A stretch of 63,095 nt of DNA, the filler included, from Octopus bimaculoides (lineage: Eukaryota), in assembly GCF_001194135.2 (NCBI RefSeq). It is 5 parts of 4 records of this genome, joined end to end, with 100 filler letters (N's around TTAATTAATTAA, not from the genome) between each part and the next. Parts side by side here need not be neighbours in the genome. Positions count along the whole stretch, not along the records: positions 32,491 to 41,007 come from NC_068996.1; positions 41,108 to 61,907 come from NC_068985.1; 3 more parts are not named here. One strand, 5' to 3'. The notes under the pieces are model-generated. The model made no database searches and was not told the DNA's origin. It saw only the letters and a list, made by a program, of their open reading frames with translations. Positions 39,230 to 51,149 of this stretch are shown here, in pieces. Position 1 is the first letter of the stretch, and the number at the start of each line of letters is the position of its first letter. Both the position numbers and the translations under genes were made by a program.

Positions 39230-39990
39230 CTGAAACATTCGTGTGAATACGGAGGATGAAGCAACTCTTCCCAGCTATGTCTCAGTAACTTCTGTTGAGT
39301 CTGCAAAGAAGGTACAGTCTGGCAATGTCGTGGTGAAAGCATGCCCTTACGATTTGTGAGTGTTGAACGCTTCTGGCGGAACACTGCATTTGATTTGTTC
39401 AGTTGGTCCCCGAACACGTCAGAATCGATGGTCTTGTCCGTGGGATGAAGATCGCAAAAGACGGCACCCTTCCTATTCTGCCAAATTAAATGCATAACCT
39501 TCTTTGGATGTAGTCCTGTTTTGGAGATTATTGTGGCGTTTCGCTACGCTTTCCTATGATCGTTTGCGTTTCATATTCTTATAAATGATCCACTTTGCGT
39601 ACCCTTTCACAAAACGTATTTTGCGTATTCTTTCGTACTATCTTTAAAAAAAAATGGGCTAATTTTCGTCACGTTTCTGCAGTGAATCACAGATGGAAAT
39701 CCTTCGGGCAAAGTTGTCCTCATTCAACTGATATGGGACCCAAATACCGAGCCTGCTGATGAATCCAGTTGATGCAGATGGATTTCATTACTCGATTCAG
39801 GTATTTTGAGAAAAACACTATGATCATCTCAGTCATATAATGAAGCTGGGTGTCCACTAATTCCATTTTAATCTCAGGTGGCCAACCAGAGCGGCAACGG
39901 AAAAATTTTCCGATCGAAATCTTGAAAATCATTTCTGGCACATACACTCCGTAATGGCATCCTCTCCTTTCACCACCCATATGTTCCTGC
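39230..39990 (-). mobile_element. mariner transposase remnant
   Basis: Minus strand RISICDSLQKRDEN, GLHPKKVMHLIW, TDKTIDSDVFGDQL, KRSTLTNRKG, QQKLLRHSWEELLHPPYS, with frameshifts. Confidence 0.88.
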
Positions 39991-40312
39991 AGGTTTTCAC
40001 AGGTTTTTAGAATAAAAAAGCACGAGGTATCTATAACGTTAATTCTGCTTCGCCATTTTCAAGGTGATCTCAAGGTGATGATGCGCAAAGCACAGATTGA
40101 GGTTAGCTACTTATTAGATTACTTGAAATTTAGTAACGACTAAAACCGAGCGTACTTTTTACTTGCTTAATACTTCCTCAATACTCCTTACTCAATATCA
40201 TGATCCACATGCTTGGCTAGAAACAGCTGTAAGAATTTTCATTGTATTCTCTAATTAAATTAAATGTTTTTCGAGTTATGCCAAATGTTTTGCTTTCTCA
40301 TTTTCTGTTTTA

Positions 40313-40369
<57 letters not shown>

Positions 40370-41007
40370 AACTTGTGCAACTTCCAAACGACCAATGCGT
40401 TCTATAGAAGACTAGTGGAGGAGAGGTCTGACGACACTCTCGGGGCAAACCTGGGTGTCGACGAGAAATTCCTAACCCGCCTTTTCAAGACGACGTTCGG
40501 GCCGGGCCTATGGATAATTTCCAGAGATCCCTGGCTTGGCAATGCTATCGAGAAGATCTACAGACACGGTTCGAAAACCACCGGACCGACCTGCCCGAAA
40601 TGCGGTAAGAGCGACGAAACTGTTCTGAACGCACACGTGCAGTGTCCAGATATTTCAGAGCTGTGGACCTTCGTCGAACGGCTGTTGTCGCGTGTGGGAC
40701 GAGCCCACTTATCAGCCGAGTCTATCGTGAATATTGTTCCGCCACCTTCCTTTAAACGGGAAGGAAAAACGGTTTTTGTAACACTGATAGCTATGGCAAA
40801 AGAATGCGTGTGGTGGACGCGTTTGAAAGGTCTACAAACAAACACTTTCCTCTCTGGTCAGTCCCTCGTCAACTTTTTCAAGTACCACTTAAAAAGGAGG
40901 ATGAGGATAGAGAGGAAAGTGTTGTCGAATGAAAGTTTCAATAAAAAATGGGTAAATGTGGCAAGAATGGTAAGAATGAAAGACGACACCATTTTAAGCA
41001 TAGACTT
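40370..41007 (+). mobile_element. Tx1/L1-clade LINE ORF2 C-terminal fragment (zf-RVT CCHC)
   Basis: Open frame with CPKCGKSDETVLNAHVQCP and AKECVWWTR; runs into an N gap. Confidence 0.85.
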
Positions 41008-41107
41008 NNNNNNNNNNNNNNNNNNNNNNNNNNNNNNNNNNNNNNNNNNNNTTAATTAATTAANNNNNNNNNNNNNNNNNNNNNNNNNNNNNNNNNNNNN
41101 NNNNNNN

Positions 41108-41400
41108 TATTGAGCGAAAACACCTAAAAGCTCCACGAGGCTCCGACAGGGGATGGTGGCGAACCCTGCTGTACTCTTCCACCACAACTTTCTCTCACTC
41201 TTACTTCCTGTTTCTGTTGTGCTTGTAAGTCAAAGGGTCAGCCTTGTCGCACTGTGTCACGCTGAATATCCCCGAGAACTACGTTAAGAGTACACGTGTC
41301 TGTGGAGTGCTCAGCCACTTGCACGTTAATTTCACGAGTAGGCTGTTCCGTTGATCGGATCAACTGGAACCCTCGACGTCGTAAGCGACGGAGTGCCAAC
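41108..41400 (+). mobile_element. SINE family C (5' end lost in gap)
   Basis: Closely matches 9461-9745; tail GACGTCGTAAGCGACGGAGTGCCAAC. Confidence 0.85.
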
Positions 41401-42104
41401 CACCACCAACCTGTAGCTGAAATTTTGACAGGTGCTGTTACTTCGAGTAGGAGCAGCCCTTTGAACAGTAGTGACTAAGAGGTGAGTCTACTCTTCTGAA
41501 AAGCATGGGGCTCTTCAAACCAGAACTCCGCTACCGGATGCGGTTTAAAGCCATACCTAAGACTAAGAGTCTACGTAAATGCTTAAAATATAATAAATAT
41601 TATAGCAAAATGCTCGTATTCCAAATATATATTCTCCTCTGAAAACATCTGAAATACTAAAACGAGTTGCTGGTGAGTTTTATTGTGCTTGACTTAGTCT
41701 CAAACAGCTTCAATATAGTTGTATTTGTCCCTTGATTGCAGTGATGCGCCGAAAATTTGGACAGCTCACGAAGTAAATTGAAAGTAATTGTAAGACTTTT
41801 TATTAACTTTTAGTGGGATATGATGGTTCTTCCACGGCGTAACAGCTTCAGTTTCATCACACAATTTCGGTTCAGGACACTGCCAATCATCAACTACACC
41901 GAAACTATAAATGAGTGTTAAAGATCTAGGAAAAAAATTGGAAATAAAATTAGGCATTATAAAATGGTTTAGATCTCAAAATTCACTGTAATTCGCTCTC
42001 TATATAATAAATTACGATATACGATTCCTAAGCCGAGAAAGGCTACAATAATGATGATATTGGTAGTGGTGGTGGTGGTGGTGGTGTTAAGGATGAAGAT
42101 GATT

Positions 42105-42154
<50 letters not shown>

Positions 42155-42275
42155 TTATTTTAAATATAAATAATGATGGCGGTGGAGCTAGCGGTAGTTA
42201 ACATTGGCATGAGGCCACATATATGAAGGGAATTGTGTAATCGATTCTAACATTTAACAATTTCAGATGATGATG

Positions 42276-42320
<45 letters not shown>

Positions 42321-42386
42321 GTAATGGTAGTGAACAGCTAACACCGTAGTACATCTCCAGCATTAGAAGCAGTGCAAATACAATAA

Positions 42387-42433
<47 letters not shown>

Positions 42434-42463
42434 TGATGATAATAATAATAATAATAACAATAA

Positions 42464-42501
<38 letters not shown>

Positions 42502-42531
42502 TGATGATAATAATAATAATAATAACAATAA

Positions 42532-42568
<37 letters not shown>

Positions 42569-42569
42569 T

Positions 42570-42705
42570 CTAATCTTGACACGAGATCAAGTTATCGGAA
42601 GAGTGGGTGGGGCTGGGTACAGTCAATTTAATCGGCTCTAGTATTTAATGGTACCTATATTATCTAACCCCGAAAGAACGCAAAGCAAAATCGACCTTGG
42701 CAACA
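42570..42705 (-). mobile_element. SINE family B, degraded fragment
   Basis: GGTACCTATATTATCTAACCCCGAAAGAACGCAAAGCAAAATCGACCTTGGC resembles the family B central part. Confidence 0.55.
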
Positions 42706-42708
42706 AAA

Positions 42709-42770
<62 letters not shown>

Positions 42771-42826
42771 ATGATGGTAGAAGCAGTGTTAATAGTAGTA
42801 GTATTAGTGGTGGTAGTAGTAGTAGC

Positions 42827-42872
<46 letters not shown>

Positions 42873-43071
42873 ATAGTAGTAATGATGGTAGAGGCGGTTT
42901 TTATAGTAGTAGTGTTGGTAGTAGTAGTAGTTGTAGTAGTTGTGTTGGTGGTGGTGGTCATGGTAGTAGCAGAGGCGGTAATAGCAGTGAAGGTAATAGT
43001 AGTGATAGTAGTGGTGGTGGTACTAGTAATTGTAATAGTAGTTGTAGTACTAGTAGCAGAAGCGGTGGTGG

Positions 43072-43105
<34 letters not shown>

Positions 43106-43259
43106 CAGCAGTAGTAGTAGCAGTAGTAGTAGCAGTAGTAGTAGTAGTAGTGGTGGGGGATAGTGGTGGTCGTCGTCGTGGCGGTGGTTATAGTAGTAGT
43201 AGTAGTAGTAGTAGTAGTACTAGTGGGGGTAGTGGTGGTCGTCGTTGTGGTGGTGGTTA

Positions 43260-43295
<36 letters not shown>

Positions 43296-43300
43296 CAGTA
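42700..43300. repeat. (AGT)n/(GGT)n cryptic microsatellite with higher-order sub-duplications
   Basis: Visible directly; source of the poly-V/T/S ORFs. Confidence 0.9.
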
Positions 43301-44911
43301 TAAAACGATAAATATCAATAACAGCGATCACTATATTATACGCCAAATGTTCAAATTTTTCTGCTAAACACGCTATTCCTACCCAGTCCTCTGAATACTC
43401 AAATGTTCGGAATAACTTTTGTAAATAGCTTCGGGCAAGAGCACTCACTTTATGTCATTCAGTTTTCTCTTATGTTCACGGTATTTCTGTAAGTCACTGT
43501 TGTCTTGTGCGAGTATAATCCTTATTATCTTTATAATCCTTCATTAATTCCTCCGGTTATCTCAAAGAAATCCAAGTATTATATTACTGGGCTTTCTTTT
43601 AGTCTTGTTTTGTTTTGTCTTTCTTAATTCATCATATGGTTGCATATTTAGCAAATGAACGCGTGAAAATGGTTATTTTTTAATTATATAATTAGCAGAT
43701 AACTGCCGGATTAAATTCTTTCAAACGTCCTTGAAATCCATGAAAATTGAGTATAATTGTTTTTTGGTATTTTTAAAATGATGATGGTACTTTTTTCCTG
43801 TCCGAAAATCACAAGGAAAAGCGTCACGCCCTCAAGTGGCTATGTAAACCGATTCTTTGACGCTGCGGATCTTTTTGTCTTGTCTGCGCTTAGTAGTTTT
43901 AAATTATGAGTTAGTCCTCGCAATCCCATCCTTTCCTGTAGATTTGGACGTCTGAGAACAGTGGCTCAACAGGTAAAGATGCCTGAGGTGACCAGCAGGC
44001 TATAGGTTTTATAGTGGGGGGCTTGCCTTCTTACCTTACGGAGTTGGAGAGTTCCAACTATCTGGAGTTGTCAGAAGGGTGTCAAAGAGAGCGCCGGACT
44101 GCCTAACGGACACCAATTTTATTTAGTGTCGAGGTTGACTTTCTCAGCCTTTTCTTTTCCAAAGATATTCAAAAGGTCCTGAGAGTTTGTACTTGGAGTT
44201 TCTTCCGTAGCATGCTAATTAAACCCATAGCTGAGGCCCTTACGGGTGTTACAATTCTGGGTCAAAGTGGATCTGACAGCAATAGTGGTTAAGAGGTGAT
44301 TCCACACTCCTCAGACCCTGAAACTCTTAAGCCTGGGTCCCAGGACCGGATGCAGTTTAAATTCATGCCCAAGACGTAATCTTTAGAATGATTTAAGCTA
44401 AAATATAAGAATCAGTTGAATAAAATCTTATTTAGATAGATTGACTTTTTTCTTTACAAATAGAAATGATTGATTGATTAACTGAATGATTAATCATGCA
44501 ATTGACTACTTAAATAATTAAATAGCTAATCAATAACGAATAATAAAGAAATGAAATATTACCAGTCCCACGACCCTCCCGAGATTCAACAACAATTTAT
44601 TAGATTTGTTTTTAAAACCTGTCTAGTTAATAGTAATCCCTTTTTATACGGTTTAGTAAAAGAAAAGGGTCACTGTCCAGGACGTTATGCATTTTTAGGG
44701 TCTCCGAGGTTGGTGGGATGAGAGGAAGAAGTTATCCGCAAAGTAGAGTCCTGGGTCAAAATGCTTCCAACAGAGTAGACATCATTAAATGAACCCAATG
44801 ACTTGATACTGGTTTAAACCTTGTGATGTATTTGGTTACTATTCTAAGAACTCAGAAAGCAAAGAGCCGGATCAAATCCCATACAATATACTGACGACTC
44901 TGTCAATTCGC

Positions 44912-44942
<31 letters not shown>

Positions 44943-45389
44943 NNNNNNNNNNNNNNNNNNNNNNNNNNNNNNNNNNNNNNNNNNNNNNNNNNNNNNNNNN
45001 NNNNNNNNNNNNNNNNNNNNNNNNNNNNNNNNNNNNNNNNNNNNNNNNNNNNNNNNNNNNNNNNNNNNNNNNNNNNNNNNNNNNNNNNNNNNNNNNNNNN
45101 NNNNNNNNNNNNNNNNNNNNNNNNNNNNNNNNNNNNNNNNNNNNNNNNNNNNNNNNNNNNNNNNNNNNNNNNNNNNNNNNNNNNNNNNNNNNNNNNNNNN
45201 NNNNNNNNNNNNNNNNNNNNNNNNNNNNNNNNNNNNNNNNNNNNNNNNNNNNNNNNNNNNNNNNNNNNNNNNNNNNNNNNNNNNNNNNNNNNNNNNNNNN
45301 NNNNNNNNNNNNNNNNNNNNNNNNNNNNNNNNNNNNNNNNNNNNNNNNNNNNNNNNNNNNNNNNNNNNNNNNNNNNNNNNNNNNNNNNN

Positions 45390-45428
<39 letters not shown>

Positions 45429-45469
45429 GTATATATGCTCTTTTTATCATGCCAAAGCGCATAAAGGAA

Positions 45470-45690
45470 TAAAAAAAGATCTCCAAGCTGCTCCTGGATG
45501 AATAGATTCCAGATAACCCGCGTACACCCTGATATATATCTGCAAGCAATAAATCTTTATTCGAATGGGCTATGGGGCCAAAAGAAGGACTGTATTATTA
45601 AACATTATTAAACGTTTCTTTTCCCCATGTGGTTCTATTAATTTGGCCATGGCCTGGACCAGTTCTGGCCGAAACTTATCTATGTATTTA
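45470..45690 (+). mobile_element. CR1-group LINE extreme 3' end (related to 16190-17060)
   Basis: LDE*IPDNPRTP*YISASNKSLFEWAM parallels LDKFLQGIPDKPPIPGYNSLKKNCLLEWTM; tail CATGGCCTGGACCAGTTCTGGCCGAAAC. Confidence 0.75.
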
Positions 45691-45823
45691 AGTATGTATG
45701 TATGTATGTCATTATTCAGTTTATTTCAAAATTTCTTGTCAATAGAGAAAGAACCCGTTTCTAACCTAGATCCAAGCTTTTTCATTGTAATTTCAACTTC
45801 AATAGGGTATGTATGTGTGTGTG

Positions 45824-45855
<32 letters not shown>

Positions 45856-45888
45856 TGTATGTATGTATGTATGTATGTATGTATGTAC

Positions 45889-46015
45889 GTGATTTTGAGG
45901 AGCCAAATGAGATGGTGTGGCTATATTGTTCGAATGGCGGATGAATGCATGCCGAAACAGTTGTTTTATGGTGAGCTTGCAGAGGGGAAACGCTATCGGC
46001 GTAAACCTAAAAAAA
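45889..46015 (+). mobile_element. RTE (BovB-like) ORF fragment
   Basis: [41 protein letters not shown] matches the RTE QLRWxGHVxRMxxxRxPKQLFYGEL motif. Confidence 0.85.
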
Positions 46016-46019
46016 AAGA

Positions 46020-46412
46020 TCTATATCAGGTCTGTTGTGCTTACATTATACTGAGGTCTCCACTGGTGCGTTCCACCAGTATTCCTTTATATTACGAGTG
46101 GCTATGGCTTCTACCATATTGTGGGTTCTTATTTCTTTGTCCTCGGGATTATCCTTCTGACAGATTTCATTATAGAGTTTCCTAGCTACAACATCATGTC
46201 TCACCGGTAGATAATACCGTAATGACATTTTCGGACAACTGCTTGTGATGTGGGTAATATATTCAGTGTGAACTCCACAAAGTCTGCATCGGTTGTCACA
46301 TTTTACTGCTTTTCCTGCATCTCTATCCCTTTTGTGCATCAGGTGCTTGGTTGTTATTTCCTTTTCCTGGATTGCATACCTTTCAAAGTGAGAGGTAGTA
46401 ATCCAGCTATTG
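46020..46412 (-). mobile_element. R2/R4/NeSL-type (RLE) non-LTR fragment
   Basis: CRLCGVHTEYITHITSSCPKMSLRYYLPVRHDVVA...CKHNRPDI shows the CCHC knuckle, RHD and the PD of the PD-(D/E)xK nuclease. Confidence 0.88.
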
Positions 46413-46511
46413 ATGTATGTATGTATGTATGTATGTATGTATGTATGTATGTATGTACGCATGTTTGTACATATGTTCATACGTACGTACATACATACAT
46501 ACATACATACA

Positions 46512-46544
<33 letters not shown>

Positions 46545-47486
46545 GCACAGAAACTCAAGATTATCCGAGGCATTCTTCCCAATGCTACAATTAAAGAATT
46601 AGTGAAAACTAGAACGATATTACTTGAAATTAAATAATCTTAATGTAGTTCTTGCCTCACTACATTAATTATACTACCGCCAATCTTTCTATCATGTTTT
46701 AATGATCATAAGCATTCTTGGGTGTCAGCTTTTTTAATTAATAGCACCATTCTATATTAACTGACAAAATTCGTATATCTCTGAATTTGTTCTTAGTTCT
46801 AACATTCACAATTAGAAAATGTCTCGCTGATAAGAGTTAATAAGATCGAAACGTACCTTGAGTTATTGTCTTACTGCTAAAGGAGTGACTCACACTCTAG
46901 TGAATTCTATATTTAATTAATTTCAGTTAATTAAAACTTTTAATTTATTACCCACCCCTTCATTATTATCATTATTTTTTTGTCCAGTTTTAGACTTGTA
47001 CAATACGATTTTTCTCATTATTGAGGATGTAATTTTAATCAAAATTCTCCAGTTTTCTACCGAGTATTCTAGTGCCTACTTTTACCATTATTTCCAGTAT
47101 TATGCATCGAGGCTATATAATTGCTTCAACTGGAATGAACCGGTTTTGGTTCCTTATTTTAATTGCATTCTCATTTAATAGATAGCTCTACTTCTCTCGT
47201 TAGAATCCGCCTTTTCAAAGCAAACTAACGCCGTATTTATTTAGAACCCAGTCACCAATCCAACTGTATAAACATGTCCCAGAAGTAGAATATTCCTCGC
47301 CTTGCTCTTAACTCCTACGCCATAAAACTATAGCTTAACAACATCGCTTCTCCGCAACATGGCTGCCTAATTTAAAACCAGACGCATCACTGAACACGCA
47401 TTTACTTTGTTTATCCATACAGTGTGATATACACATATTTGCTAGCACACACACATTACACACATAGTCATACACACACACACACA

Positions 47487-47566
<80 letters not shown>

Positions 47567-48182
47567 TTACTATACATACATGAAACATAGCGTGTATAAC
47601 ATTCAAAGTTGTCCTCGTCTACATGTTAACTCTTTATGTTATATATCAATACCAGTTAAACCCTGTGGTCTGCATTGTTGCATTTTAATTACAGATTTAG
47701 ATCAACGCACGTGGGGGGTTTATGTTAATTGACTGCGCCCATGCTGTAGCACTGCTATCAATGGTTTAGCTTATCACATCGATCTCAGACTTTATTTTTG
47801 TCTAGTAATTATGTATATTTTTATCTATCTCTGCGAACGGTATAGAGGCACAGAAATTGATGCATCATTTTAAATCAGTATATACGAATGCAATTGATAT
47901 GCAAACACGCACTCACACACACATACACGTGCGCGCGCACACACACACACACACACACATACGTGTGTGTGTGTGTGTGCATATATGTGTATGTATATGT
48001 GTTTGTATGCATGTACGTATTGATTTTAGATATCAACGTAAGTAAATCTGATACATGCTAAACTTGCATGTTTTCTTTTTCCACTTACAACATGAATCGA
48101 CAGACTACATACAAGATAGTAAAAATTATTTGTCTATAATCCCCAGCCTTGACAGATCATTAATGAAGCACTTGTTAATACA

Positions 48183-48453
48183 GGTGCAGGCATGTGTGTC
48201 GATAAGAAGATCGCTTTGTAACCACCAGGTTTCTGGTTCAGTCATGCTGCGACGAACCTTAGGCATCTAATTTGTACTATAGAGCCAGGCCTACCACTGA
48301 CTTGTGAGTGAATTTGGTAGATCGAAACTGAGCGGAATCCTACCGTACACACACACACACATACACACACACACACACACGGATAGATATATAGAATAAC
48401 GGACAGACAGATAGACTTACATACATACAGACAGATAGACGGACAGATAGGTT

Positions 48454-48520
<67 letters not shown>

Positions 48521-48750
48521 GCGCAGGTTTGTGTTTACACGTGTATCTTTGTGTTTGCGGCTGTTCCCCTCTTGGCAACCAGTGTTGGGATGTTTACAAC
48601 CCATAACCTAGCGGTTCAGCAATAGCAGCCGATAGGATAAGTAACGAACTTTATAAAAGAAAAATAAGAACTGGAGTCGATTCGTTTAGCTAAAACCCTT
48701 CAAGGCAGTGCTCCAGCATGGCCGTCGGCTGAACCAAGTAAAGGATAACG
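48183..48750 (+). mobile_element. SINE family A, diverged full-length copy with expanded internal CA/GATA tract
   Basis: Head to about 48345, microsatellite 48346-48520, tail ending GCTCCAGCATGGCCGTCGGCTGAACCAAGTAAAG. Confidence 0.75.
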
Positions 48751-49658
48751 ATAAAGTAAGACAACTAAGTGCATCAATGAGTGAAACTAAAACGCAAACG
48801 CAGGATCTACTTAGGTAAATTTTGGGTTTAGTTAACCCCCAAATGCTCTCCCTGTTACTAATTTTCAATGAAGTGTTCACAACTACAGGACAGATGTTCT
48901 CTATACTTAATGACAATATTTGAGGCGTTTCGTAACAGACCGTCGTAAGCGTCACAACTTAGAAACTGAGGAAAACGCAGTTAAAGGTCTGCAATATTTC
49001 AGAATGCGATATCACGGCAAGGAATGAAGTTAGGAAGTTGGTTTTGGCCTTAAAATGACTATGAAGACCCCCTCCAATCATTCCACCTCTATACAGTTAT
49101 CTATTTATGTATGCATCTGAAAGATGAAACAATGACTGCGTGTTTCTCATTTTGTAGAATATATCGGTACTACGAAACGGTGTATCGCATTGCATATTTT
49201 AGCCATAATACCTAGAAAAGAGATATAGGGACCGACCACAAAGGTATTGTTTGTGTTTTAATATACCAAGGTAAGTATCTTCAAGAGGTAAGACAAGATA
49301 GTAAGATAATAGCCCATTATCGTTACGATGGTAACGAGGAATATTAGAAAATGAGCCATAACACCTCGAAAAACGATACAGACCACACCAAACGTATTGA
49401 TCGAGCGTTTGCTTACGATGGTGTGTGACTAAACTCTCTGGTGCGAGTTTGGGTGAGCGAGCGTCGTGTCGATGGCGTCGAGGTATTTTTTTCAGTCGCA
49501 TTTTCGACCTTATTGCAAGCGTTACCGGTTCTTCCTCCCAACTTTTTCAGATTCTAGACGTCGAGACAAAGAAAATGATATACTAATCTCGAAAATGGCC
49601 TAGGTGGCGCTTACGACACTCAGTTACTGAAAGCCTCCTTTATTACCTGTTCCAGTGA

Positions 49659-49921
49659 AGGCGCGTGGCTTAGCGGTTAGGGTATTCGGCTTACGATCAT
49701 GAGTTCGATTCTTGGTAGCGCGTTGTGTCCTTGAGCAAGACACTTTACTTCACGTTACTCCAGTTCACTCAGCTGGCAAAAATGAGTAGTACTTGTAATT
49801 CAAAGGGCCAGACTTGTCACATTCTGTGTCACTCTGAATCTCCCTGAGAACTATATTAAGGGCATGCATGTCTGTGGAATGCTCAGCCACTTGCACGTTA
49901 GTTTCACAAGCAAGCTGTTCC
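49659..49921 (+). mobile_element. SINE family C variant
   Basis: GGCGCGTGGCTTAGCGGTTAGGG head, GTGTCCTTGAGCAAGACACTT central module, shared 3' body with 9374-9745. Confidence 0.8.
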
Positions 49922-51149
49922 GACGTAGTATATTCCGTTCCAAACAATTCTATCAGGCCTACATTGATTGATTTTGGCAGAGCTTTTACTGAATTCTCTA
50001 TCAATATTATAGAAACGTGTGGATATACACAACGGTAATAATATGCTTTTTGTAAATCCCATAAACAATATGTATTGCAATTCATAGGGTAGCATTGTAT
50101 ATTGTTTTAATAGCGCGATTATGTCATTTTGCATGACATAATCATCGTATTCGTAGTATCTCGGGAGTATAAAGGTTTTAGTTTCTATTGTTCATCAAAT
50201 ATTTAGTTATTGTGTTCTGCTTTTGGATTACAAAAGCATTTCCTTCGAGACGTGATGTAATGTAACAATAGCGGATTTTCCTATCAGTAATGTATCGCTC
50301 ATGAGCCTTCGTCAAAGTCACCTATGTAAAATCTTTTGTCTGTATGTATACAGTACGTTTCCTCACAAGTGTATTTATATATGTATGTACGTATATATAT
50401 GTGTGTGTGTATGTACGTGTATATATCTATATATATATATATATATGCATTGATGTCTAAGTATGTTTATCTCATCTATCTGAATGGATGCTTACACACA
50501 CACGTATACGTACGTATGTATTTATGCATGCATCATTGTGTGTGCGTGCCTCTGTGTGCATGTGTGTGTGCATGTGTGTGAGTGTGTGTGCGCGCGTGCG
50601 TGTATTTACATACGATCTGATTATATTTAAAGCAATTCCCACCAATAGAAAAACGTCTGTTTGCAATCTAGATCCAAGGACTCCTTTTAGGAATTTGGAC
50701 TTCAACTAGATAGTTACGTCTGTCCGCCTGTGTCTCTGGTCGTCTGCCAGTCAGCTGTCTGTTTCTCTNNNNNNNNNNGTTAGATTCACTTCAACATTTA
50801 AATTTAATTTGCCAAAATATTTTCGTCTTTGCGACCGAGACCTGTTCACTGACAAAATGTTGTGCTGCATCTGAGCATATATGTATGTGTGTGGGTGTGG
50901 GTGTGTGTGTGTGTGTGTGTGTGTAAGTGTGCGTTTTTGTGTGTTTGTGTATGTGTGTATTTGTGTGTGCAAGCACGCACGCGTGTATGTATGCATGTAT
51001 TATGTATGCATGTCTATGTTTGTGTGTATATATGTATATATATATTTGTGTACGTATACGTTTGTATTTATGTATGTATGTATGTATATATGTATTTATG
51101 TTTGTATGTATGTATATATGTATTTATGTTTGTATGTATGTATGTAAAA

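Noticed and set aside
44885-44915. CTGACGA next to (TA)n; also minus-strand CTGATGAAGGAAA at about 62245-62259 and TTGACGA-GCTC/GAGC-GATAC at about 50290-50315
   Set aside because: Each lacks a complete set of GAAA, stem III and stem I.
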